42,358 bases of DNA from a phage: the sequence record PV357170.1; one strand, 5' to 3'. The notes under the pieces were generated by a model. It worked only from the letters and a program-made list of their open reading frames with translations. It had not been told where the DNA came from and made no database searches. Both the position numbers and the translations under genes were made by a program. This document shows positions 18,964-26,586 of the stretch, piece by piece (position 1 is the stretch's first letter; each line of letters opens with the position of its first letter).

Positions 18964-19429
18964 TTGCTTTCCCCTTACGTTTGATATCCATAGCCATGCG
19001 ACGAAGGTCGTGTGCTAGTTGCAGGGCTGCATCAGGACTCATATTAATACCAATCTCCTGCTCTGCCCGGGTGCTGTTCTTTTTAGGAACTATTCCGATG
19101 TAGAGTAGGTTCTCATCAGTCCAACTGCATCTTTCTAGGACTAGCCGCTGGTCGTTGCCGCGGTCGCGCTTGGAGTTCATGTAAGCCACACTAGCTGGAA
19201 CCGGTGGCAGCTCGTCGTCCGGCTCTTGGTACAGCTCAAAGTTAGATGCATACCACGGGTACCAGTCACCATCGATAGTACAATTGTTCAACCGTAACCA
19301 GTGACCGCCTGAGGATATAGCTGTAACTGTGTAGTAATCAAAATCCCCTTGGCGCTTCTTAAACGACGAGCTGTCGTCGGGTGATTTGCGTACTACTTTA
19401 TCACCAACTTTAAACTTAGACATAATCAA
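18956..19429 (-). CDS. hypothetical protein (157 aa)
   Basis: ORF between peptidase-like gene and primase; no motif recognised. Confidence 0.5.
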   Translation of the reverse strand: MIMSKFKVGDKVVRKSPDDSSSFKKRQGDFDYYTVTAISSGGHWLRLNNCTIDGDWYPWYASNFELYQEPDDELPPVPASVAYMNSKRDRGNDQRLVLERCSWTDENLLYIGIVPKKNSTRAEQEIGINMSPDAALQLAHDLRRMAMDIKRKGKANA

Positions 19430-20460
19430 CCCTCCACAATATTATCGTATCCACCCCAGTCCTCTACAACTCGGGTGCCTAGTTCAATCAGCTCTTCTTT
19501 GAAGCCATAATCAGAATACACCATGATGTATTCCGCCGCTCTTGCTGGGTTATCTAGCACCCAGCTAATCAGTTGCTGCTTAGAAAGTTGTGACACCTCC
19601 TTAAACGCTGCTAGTAAATGCGGATCTTCCGCAGGGGGAACATCCAGAGGCATCGTTAGGGGATGCGTATAGGCAGATAACCACGCATCCGGTTCCACTA
19701 CTTTAGGATCACGCTCAATCGGCAGGTGCTTGAATGTACCCGGACTAAGTACGCGCTCCAGTACGCTACCAAGAATGCTAAGGTCCAGCACCTCATCTGG
19801 TGTATGTTCGTGCATGTACCCTACACCTACGTTAGTGCATTCGGGGATAATCTGCATGAACTCAGCAGAGTCAGTGTATACCCCTTTTTGTAAGTGCGCA
19901 TCCGTTCGTCCTAGTCGGGCCGCCAGCTCCTTTGCGAACGTATCAGAACAGCAACGCTGGTATCGTTGATGCGTAATGATCCCATCACCTCGGCGGTCAA
20001 AACTAATCATTGCCTTGACACCAGTCCAGAAGCCAGTGTCGTCCTTGGCGGATGCACTGCTGCCTTCACAGCCTACCTCTTCATCCACGAAGAAGCAGTA
20101 ACGTCCATGTACTCCCCGCTTAATCATCTCCAGCATCAAGTAGATACCAGCACCACAGTCTGCACCTAGACAATCCGCCACCTGTGGATTCCGCAGGAAC
20201 ATTACACCCTTGTTAGTGGTTGCAATGTCTGGCGCAGCACTACCAGGCCGGGCCACTGTGTCGAGGTGCGATGTAAATGCTACATCACTCTGTTCAGAGC
20301 CACCAATAAGCACAAAGTAGTTACCATGAGCATCCCTAACGTAGTGCTCTGCACCAGCAAGAGCGCTACTAAGTAGAGGTTCAAACCATTTGGTACTACC
20401 CCAGCTAGGTCGGTGCGTTGTTAGTATCTTTGTCAGTAGTTTAAGGTCAACACCATACAT
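19426..20460 (-). CDS. Zn-dependent M20/M28/M42-type metallopeptidase-like protein
   Basis: Ordered candidate metal ligands: TSHLDTV (HxD), GADCGAG (D), FFVDEEVG (EE), YMHEHTPDE (H); family cannot be resolved by eye. Confidence 0.5.
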   Translation of the reverse strand: MYGVDLKLLTKILTTHRPSWGSTKWFEPLLSSALAGAEHYVRDAHGNYFVLIGGSEQSDVAFTSHLDTVARPGSAAPDIATTNKGVMFLRNPQVADCLGADCGAGIYLMLEMIKRGVHGRYCFFVDEEVGCEGSSASAKDDTGFWTGVKAMISFDRRGDGIITHQRYQRCCSDTFAKELAARLGRTDAHLQKGVYTDSAEFMQIIPECTNVGVGYMHEHTPDEVLDLSILGSVLERVLSPGTFKHLPIERDPKVVEPDAWLSAYTHPLTMPLDVPPAEDPHLLAAFKEVSQLSKQQLISWVLDNPARAAEYIMVYSDYGFKEELIELGTRVVEDWGGYDNIVEG

Positions 20461-22160
20461 TAAGCTGCCTCCTGTTCTGCTTTAGCTTCTTTGTCTTCTT
20501 CGGCTTCTTCATTACCGAGGTAGGGCTCATCCAATATGGACGCAGCATACTCCGTGAGAATCATACCGTGCACTGGGTGCTCTTCGGCATGCACACTCAG
20601 AACATTGTACCCTTGTACGCACGCCATTGGCTCTTCATCATGCACTGTACCCTCTACAGCACAATGTTCTACGTCCCGGTCAAGTACCCAAGAGTCGTGG
20701 TAGTCAGACCATGAGCAATCCCATGATGGGTACACTATGCTGCGGCCCACTACCTGTACGTAAGTATCACCGATGCAGTGCGGGCATACATAACCACCGT
20801 CACAAGCTACGTACATGTCATCCTCGTCGAAACGTCCCCCACACTCTGCACAAGCACTGCGACCATCATCAATCCAAATGTACCCAGCAGCGTCCTGCGC
20901 TTCGTAGTCGTAGCAGTCGCAGATAACGAATGCATCCCCGCCCAATTCATCCACCCCGTCTTGGCTCCCATCCAAGTACGGCATAAGCACGGCACCTTCA
21001 TTTTCAGGGTGCGGAATACGCGCCAGTAGTACGCCATCTAAGCAGTCTGTATTGCACTCATATCCGTTAGCACGTAGGATGGCATCCGCAGCATCCCCAT
21101 ATGCACGGACATATTCATTGGTTTCGATGTTAACGATAGCACGGGCGTGCACTTCAAAGTCGTCACCAAAAAGTTCCCCAGTATACTGGATGAACAGGCG
21201 CAGATTATTGTCCGGCAAGCCGTGACTAGTCGTAGCGTATACACGCACCGGGCTATCTTCGAAGTTGTATCCGGTCATGCAGCTACGAGGACCATTCTCG
21301 TATGCGTTGTACCACTCCCGCTCGGTCTTACAAAGATATGTAGTAGGCTCCACATTCATAGCTTTGAGGTCTTCAATACATTCCCTGAAGTCTACACCGC
21401 TGCCGTAATAGTTAGCGAGCCACTTACCTACTCGCATCTCTACACAGCGATACTCAGTAACAGCGGCGTAGTCTTTGTGTAATCGCGGCTGCCCCAGCAT
21501 TACTACAGGCTCACCGTTGCGGAAGCCGAAACCTAGTGGGATTGCAAATCTAGATACTACAAATCCGTGCAACTGCATAAGCAAGGTTGCTGCCCAGTAA
21601 TCCCCATCAATTTCACTGTACCCACGAAGGTATTTGCGCCGGAGGGAGTACGTAGGTGCTAGCATAATCTCTTTGAATAACTCTATAGCCTGCTTGTGCA
21701 CCTTGTATCCGGTAAAGTATTGGACCGCTTCTACTACGCGTTCTGTAACTACGTCAGGGCCATCATAGAAGTTTCTGCTAGATAAACCGAATGCTTGGTC
21801 GCAGGTACCTGCACAGCCAAAGAGGTTATGCAGGAGAGTGTCACTAACATCAACCGTGCCCAGCGGCCCAGTATATACACTCAACTCCTCTCCTGCAGCT
21901 GTATAGTTGCCGAGTGCTACATGGTACCCCGGCAGCACCCTTGACAACATATAAAAGCCATTCAAAAGCGCACGGGTTTTGTTACTTTGCACGCGCGCAC
22001 AGCCTTGAGTTGATAGGTAGGGAAGTTGGCACCAGTAATCCCCGGAAGAGTACATACTATCCTTCAGTGGAAGAGCATTGGCCCCTTCTGGAAATTTGAT
22101 GGTCCAACCCTCGTAGGCAGGTACTTTTACGTCTACAGTTACTTTATTAGTCTCTTGCAT
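20460..22160 (-). CDS. large early protein of unknown function with C-terminal Cys-rich (zinc-ribbon-like) region
   Basis: 566 aa from the ATG at 22160 (GGAGAC RBS); C-terminal CAECGG...CPHC cluster and acidic tail; the track ORF extends upstream to 22454 without an RBS. Confidence 0.55.
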   Translation of the reverse strand: MQETNKVTVDVKVPAYEGWTIKFPEGANALPLKDSMYSSGDYWCQLPYLSTQGCARVQSNKTRALLNGFYMLSRVLPGYHVALGNYTAAGEELSVYTGPLGTVDVSDTLLHNLFGCAGTCDQAFGLSSRNFYDGPDVVTERVVEAVQYFTGYKVHKQAIELFKEIMLAPTYSLRRKYLRGYSEIDGDYWAATLLMQLHGFVVSRFAIPLGFGFRNGEPVVMLGQPRLHKDYAAVTEYRCVEMRVGKWLANYYGSGVDFRECIEDLKAMNVEPTTYLCKTEREWYNAYENGPRSCMTGYNFEDSPVRVYATTSHGLPDNNLRLFIQYTGELFGDDFEVHARAIVNIETNEYVRAYGDAADAILRANGYECNTDCLDGVLLARIPHPENEGAVLMPYLDGSQDGVDELGGDAFVICDCYDYEAQDAAGYIWIDDGRSACAECGGRFDEDDMYVACDGGYVCPHCIGDTYVQVVGRSIVYPSWDCSWSDYHDSWVLDRDVEHCAVEGTVHDEEPMACVQGYNVLSVHAEEHPVHGMILTEYAASILDEPYLGNEEAEEDKEAKAEQEAA

Positions 22161-22206
22161 TTTCTTTGTCTCCGGTGTTAGTAGTATCTCATCATGCATT
22201 AAAAGT

Positions 22207-22551
22207 TCAGCGTGCATACCACGCTGAGAGTTGTCGCTGCTTATAATACGAGCGCACAGCCGCCCTAAATCTTGTATAGGCTCCACGATACCCGTACCGT
22301 AGGAGTGCTGCAACCACATCGAACGAAATGTGCTCTTGCAATCTGCGCGCGGCAGACTCTGTATACTCTCGATAGGTTGTGAGAACAGTGCCAATACCCT
22401 CTTTTCTAACGCGGAGTAATCGGCGCTCGACTGGCACGATTTGCTTGAGTTCATCTGGAACCTCTTTGAATATTTCCCACGAGCACCCGCACTTGCCCTG
22501 CGTTTCTAGCAAGCGCCAGCACAGTAGCGCTGTTTCGTCTACTGTAAGCAT
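22207..22551 (-). CDS. hypothetical early protein (114 aa)
   Basis: ATG at 22551 with AAGGA RBS placed right after the upstream gene stop; track ORF starts earlier. Confidence 0.45.
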   Translation of the reverse strand: MLTVDETALLCWRLLETQGKCGCSWEIFKEVPDELKQIVPVERRLLRVRKEGIGTVLTTYREYTESAARRLQEHISFDVVAALLRYGYRGAYTRFRAAVRSYYKQRQLSAWYAR

Positions 22552-22553
22552 AC

Positions 22554-22757
22554 TTAATCCTTGAATACTACATTGCGAGCCACGAGTGTGCTCTTGTCGC
22601 TGGATACTATACCGCCAACTGTGTGGCTTGACTGCAACCACCGCTGCAGAGGTTTGTTATAGTGTTCAGCGTGCTCGTTCAGCGTACCATACAGCGGCAC
22701 CCGGTACAGTAACCCGTTCGGGCGCTTGTACAAGTCATATGCAACTAATTCATTCAT
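22554..22757 (-). CDS. hypothetical early protein (67 aa)
   Basis: ORF with ATGA overlap to the upstream gene; no motif recognised. Confidence 0.45.
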   Translation of the reverse strand: MNELVAYDLYKRPNGLLYRVPLYGTLNEHAEHYNKPLQRWLQSSHTVGGIVSSDKSTLVARNVVFKD

Positions 22758-22939
22758 ATTACACCTCGCACATTAAAACGGTGACAGTAACCGCGCAGGG
22801 TCATACCCAGGCGCTTTGCTTGTTTCTCATAGTGCTGGCGCAGCGCTGCTTTTGCGCTGTATTCACGCGCCAGCCCGTCGATTGTTGGTTGCTGCTTACG
22901 CATCAGCAGCACCTCTGGATTCTTTCCGTACATACCCAC
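22754..22939 (-). CDS. hypothetical early protein (61 aa)
   Basis: Short basic ORF in the early block. Confidence 0.4.
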   Translation of the reverse strand: MGMYGKNPEVLLMRKQQPTIDGLAREYSAKAALRQHYEKQAKRLGMTLRGYCHRFNVRGVI

Positions 22940-23072
22940 CTCAGATACCGTTGTTGCTTACACCGTCCACGGTCAGAGTTACAGCGATGTTGGGTTCTTG
23001 CTCTCGCACCGCCTTAAGTAGGCGAATACCTAACGCCTTGCAACCGCCCTCTGGATTTCAAAGAGGTCATAC

Positions 23073-23204
23073 TCAGGGCGTGGTTGCCGCTCTTGATGCT
23101 GCCCCCTGTTGAACGTGTACAGTGCAATAGGGCACTGGGTTATTCACATCGTTGCCTAGCACCAGCATGGCGCTGGTAACAATGATATTGACAACACTAG
23201 TCAT
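23073..23204 (-). CDS. hypothetical micro-ORF (43 aa; below the ORF-track cutoff)
   Basis: Hand translation MTSVVNIIVTSAMLVLGNDVNNPVPYCTVHVQQGAASRAATTP; GGAGA RBS 7 nt upstream; ATG overlaps the stop of the 73-aa ORF. Confidence 0.25.
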   Translation of the reverse strand: MTSVVNIIVTSAMLVLGNDVNNPVPYCTVHVQQGAASRAATTP

Positions 23205-23418
23205 AAAGTTGTCTCCAGTCGGTAATAATACCGAGATTCACGGCATCCAGCAAAGTACGCGCCGCTGCTTCGGTATGGGTGTCTACGAGATCTAAAGGGG
23301 ATTCCTGATTGGTGTCGCGGTCAGAGAATATCATCACAGTATAGTTATACTCTGCATGCACTTGATTGCACCATACGGGCCAAAGTACATGCCCCGGACA
23401 GATTAGCTTTGCTTTCAT
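23197..23418 (-). CDS. hypothetical early protein (73 aa)
   Basis: ORF in early block; no motif recognised. Confidence 0.45.
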   Translation of the reverse strand: MKAKLICPGHVLWPVWCNQVHAEYNYTVMIFSDRDTNQESPLDLVDTHTEAAARTLLDAVNLGIITDWRQLYD

Positions 23419-23606
23419 TTGAAACCTCGTTGTTAACGGTATTCACGTAGCGCCCCGCAGGACGCTATAGGCTTACCATTATACGTATTCTCCCAATCCC
23501 TCATAGTGCCACCTGTTATGGCGGCCCCGGGTTGGCACATCAAAGGCGTCAGAGTCGTTAGCTGCCGGAATCAATGCCCACCACTTGATAGCTTGAATCT
23601 TATAAA

Positions 23607-24182
23607 TCATGCCGCTACCTTCAAAGTTGCATCCAGTACAGCGCGCACATCCACGCCCTGACTGATAAGCATAGATACCAAATCAGAGTCGCTCACCCCA
23701 GTTTCTTTAGCCTTCTTGATGGCGTTTTTAACGCGCCCCAGAGCTTGTAGACGCATTGCATCGGCATCAAGGGCATCATTCTTCACTTGCTCTGCTTCAG
23801 CAGCGTACAGGGCCATACAGGCGCTATAGAAGTTGTTTACAATAACCTCACGGCCTTGCTTGTCAGCTTGTTTATAATCCAGACGCATACTGTCCAGCTC
23901 AATACCCAACTTCTCAGCCGACGCATAGCACTTCTTCGCAGCGAACTCATAGCGCTGAGTCTCTTTGTTGAACTTGATAGGCAGGAGCGTGCGCAGCACC
24001 ATATCGAAATCAGCGGCATCACTGCGCTGCATATCCACAGCCCAAGAAACGTTGCTACTAATCAGGCCGTGAAACAGTGCACTGATAGTGATGTTGCGTT
24101 TTGCTTCCACTACATCGCCCAACGCCTTGCGGATACTACCCGCAGCGGTTAACTTGAATACTTTAGCGGTTGCATTGGTCAT
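23607..24182 (-). CDS. hypothetical early protein (191 aa)
   Basis: ATG at 24182 with GAGGTG RBS (the track start at 24194 lacks an RBS); first sizeable gene after the non-coding region. Confidence 0.55.
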   Translation of the reverse strand: MTNATAKVFKLTAAGSIRKALGDVVEAKRNITISALFHGLISSNVSWAVDMQRSDAADFDMVLRTLLPIKFNKETQRYEFAAKKCYASAEKLGIELDSMRLDYKQADKQGREVIVNNFYSACMALYAAEAEQVKNDALDADAMRLQALGRVKNAIKKAKETGVSDSDLVSMLISQGVDVRAVLDATLKVAA

Positions 24183-24260
24183 GATACACCTCATCGATTG
24201 TTGATTGTTTACCTAACGAATTACTTCACATAGCACCCCATAGGATGCTATAGGCTGTAA

Positions 24261-24458
24261 TTAATACCCAAATTGGGAGTTAACAGTAGGCCACCCGTTG
24301 GGTTGCTTGCTACTACCTCTTTGTTTTTGCTTCCCTCGTACCCTAGTAGCGTCGGTTAACCCTTGTTTACTAGGTTTAACTAATAACCTCATATCATCCG
24401 TCGGGTTAGTTGACAACTCCCAATTACGCTTTAATGCTAAACGCTTTGCTTTACGCAT
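24261..24458 (-). CDS. possible first early gene: small basic protein (65 aa)
   Basis: ATG at 24458 with AAGGGG 7 nt upstream; lies inside otherwise non-coding DNA, so may be spurious. Confidence 0.25.
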   Translation of the reverse strand: MRKAKRLALKRNWELSTNPTDDMRLLVKPSKQGLTDATRVRGKQKQRGSSKQPNGWPTVNSQFGY

Positions 24459-25100
24459 AAACTTGCCCCTTAGAGAATATAATCTAGCGCAGCCTCATTA
24501 CTACTGCGCTATGTTATACACTCTTTGCGGGATACACTCCGCGCCTTGTTCCCTCGATTCAGAGGAGCGTGCTGCTCACGCCTCGGCAGTAAGGTTTGCC
24601 TCAGAACCCCGGTGATAACGTCCGGCACGTTTACTCTTTATGACTGATTATCTAGGATTGGTCGTCATCGTACCAGTCAAGGTACTGGGCCTCCCCGCAA
24701 ACCAGCTTACTACGTTGTTCGCTATCTAAGTTACTAGGTGAATCTGAACTTGTCAAGCGTTATTTCTTACTTTTAAGCCGTCCGGTTTATGTGTCCGGTC
24801 ACCTGTAGCGGCTTGCTACGTGGAGGTGTCCTAGTTAGCGGCCTGTCTTCAACTATCCTGCCGTACTACTTGGATTCAATCTAGCTTATGTTCTTCGCGG
24901 TGTCAACTCTTTTATCGAGTATCTAACCCTTCACACCATCTAGCTTTAATCCGGTGGAGTCTCCCGACTCTACCCCGGTTAGCGCCTCAGTGCCTCCCGG
25001 TGATTGAACTATAACGCTAACAAACCAAAATAAGCAAGTACTTTTTGCAATTATTTATCTCTAAGAGCAAAAAGGGTAAGCAAGGCAATGGTTTAGTCAA
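24459..25100 (-). promoter_or_regulatory. probable early promoter / leader region (no individual promoter pinpointed)
   Basis: Non-coding DNA directly upstream of the first early genes; only weak -35/-10 candidates found by eye (e.g. TTGACA near 24751-24756 with a poor -10). Confidence 0.3.
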
Positions 25101-25110
25101 TGCTTCCATT

Positions 25111-25714
25111 CTAGGGATAGCTCTAGGGATAGCCCACTACTAGCCAATGCTAACCAATACAATCTAACGCTACACAAAGCAGAACGTAGTGCCCGTACGA
25201 AGTGAAAGGGCACGTAGTGATGCGGTGACTGTGTTGGTAATGCTTACTCCCTACGGTCGTAATATAGGGCATTACTAGGGGATACTAGTGAGTAGTAGTA
25301 AGTAGTATGTATCTAGTGCCCTAAAACCCTCCTACTCGTGTAACATCATTTCAAATTAGCTTTCGAATGAAAGTAAGGGTGAAGGGATAGCTCTAGGGAT
25401 AGCGACAGAGTCCGGCAGAGTGTAGCGGATAGTGGCGGGTAGTGGATGTGCGCCCTAGTGGGGAGCGCGCAGCGTAACATATAATCGGCGCAATGTAAAG
25501 CACTAGAGATAACCTTAGAGATAGCTCTAGAGATAGCATATAGACGCACTAGCAGCGCACTGGGCGGCCCACTACGGCCCACTAGGTGTGGCACTATGGC
25601 TGCACAAAATAAGCAAGGCAGAGCGCACCCCTATGGCCCACAGGGAGCGCACAGGAAGCGCCCTAGTGAACGCACAGGCATAGCCGTAGGGTAGCACTAG
25701 CGATAGCCCTAGCG
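25111..25714. repeat. array of short direct repeats: 11-bp motif CTAG(R)GATA(G/A)C in 8 or more copies, including a 21-bp unit present three times
   Basis: agggatagctctagggatagc at ~25113-25133 and ~25383-25403 (identical) and the G-to-A variant agagatagctctagagatagc at ~25517-25537; further copies at ~25503-25513 and ~25697-25707; tandem ggcccactac/ggcccactag at ~25566-25585. Confidence 0.75.
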
Positions 25715-25809
25715 CAGCGCAGAGAGCCGCTGAGAGCGCCATAGAGGCACTGGCAGGCCCCAGGCTGCCCGCGGCCATCTAGACGTCCAGACATCCAGCC
25801 ACCTAGATA

Positions 25810-25819
25810 CCCCCCCCCC
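25810..25819. repeat. C10 homopolymer tract
   Basis: Uninterrupted run of ten C in the non-coding region, about 230 bp from a G11 run on the same strand. Confidence 0.8.
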
Positions 25820-26026
25820 TAAATTCTCCCAGGACACCCCCTATGGGGGCAATTGGGCGCGTTGAGGGTGAGGGACCCTGTCGGGTAAGTATAACAAATT
25901 TCGAGTTCAGATATACACCTGCGCAGGGGGAGAAGTCCTTGTGATGTTCCAGGCGCTTCTCTTGTACCCACTTGCAGATAACTTCGTATATGCACCTGGA
26001 ATAGTACTTATAAATACTAACCTACA

Positions 26027-26063
26027 AAAGGAAAAGCCCCCAACTACAGGGGGGGGGGGCTTT
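26027..26063 (-). terminator. Rho-independent terminator ending the late transcription unit
   Basis: Minus-strand RNA: GCCCCC...GGGGGC GC hairpin (includes the C/G homopolymer) followed by UUUUCCUUUU, directly after the stop of the last late ORF. Confidence 0.5.
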
Positions 26064-26065
26064 GT

Positions 26066-26536
26066 TTAAAACAATAAGTATTCCACTGTAGATGGAAGTT
26101 GGACACCTACTGCTACAGGCCTGTTTACTGTAATTACGCCAGCAGCGCAGGAAGCAGTATCGTTTACAGTAGCTGGATTATCTACCCATGGGCGAACGCT
26201 ATACGACTTAGTTGTATCTGCATTAGGTATAGTTAATGTTCCTGAAGTGGCCCCACTAGCAACAGCAAGTGCACCTAAGTCTACATTACCGGCAGAGTGT
26301 ACTAATACTCCGGCAGGACTAAGGCTTACAACAGTAACCCCAGAACCAATATCAGCAGGTAATGAGTAAGCACGCTGTGTCACTTTGTCATAGATGACTT
26401 TGTAACCAGCAAGCAGAGCACCCACTGAGAAGTAAACAACCTCTGATTGCTTAACTCCGAAGTGTCGAGCCACTGCTTGTTTATTAGTTAAGATTCCCGT
26501 TGAACCTTTACCATCTTGTGAGAACATTTCGTTCAT
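26066..26536 (-). CDS. hypothetical late protein (156 aa), Gly/Ala/Val/Thr-rich, encoded after the tailspike
   Basis: GAGG RBS upstream of the ATG at 26536; bracketed by a hairpin upstream and a terminator downstream; beta-rich composition resembles fibre or receptor-binding accessory proteins. Confidence 0.5.
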   Translation of the reverse strand: MNEMFSQDGKGSTGILTNKQAVARHFGVKQSEVVYFSVGALLAGYKVIYDKVTQRAYSLPADIGSGVTVVSLSPAGVLVHSAGNVDLGALAVASGATSGTLTIPNADTTKSYSVRPWVDNPATVNDTASCAAGVITVNRPVAVGVQLPSTVEYLLF

Positions 26537-26562
26537 ATAAACCTCATTGTTTTTCTAGGAAA

Positions 26563-26578
26563 CCCCGCCGAAGCGGGG
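26563..26578 (-). other. GC hairpin with UUCG loop between tailspike and the following ORF
   Basis: ccccgc-cgaa-gcgggg inverted repeat; on the minus strand followed by only UUU, so more likely an RNA-processing or stability element than a full terminator. Confidence 0.45.
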
Positions 26579-26586
26579 CTTTGCTA

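Noticed and set aside
24459-25100. Specific sigma70 early promoters (e.g. TTGACA at ~24751-24756; TGTATAAC at ~24512-24519)
   Set aside because: No candidate combined a good -35, 16-18 bp spacing and a good -10; the region is reported only as a probable promoter zone
25111-25714. CRISPR array as an explanation for the short repeats
   Set aside because: Units are only 10-21 bp with irregular spacing and no uniform spacers; no cas genes; pattern fits iterons or terminal-region repeats instead
25346-25778. 82-aa and 68-aa minus-strand ORFs inside the repeat-rich non-coding region
   Set aside because: Embedded in GC-rich direct repeats, non-ATG starts, no RBS, low-complexity Ala/Leu/Ser/Arg translations
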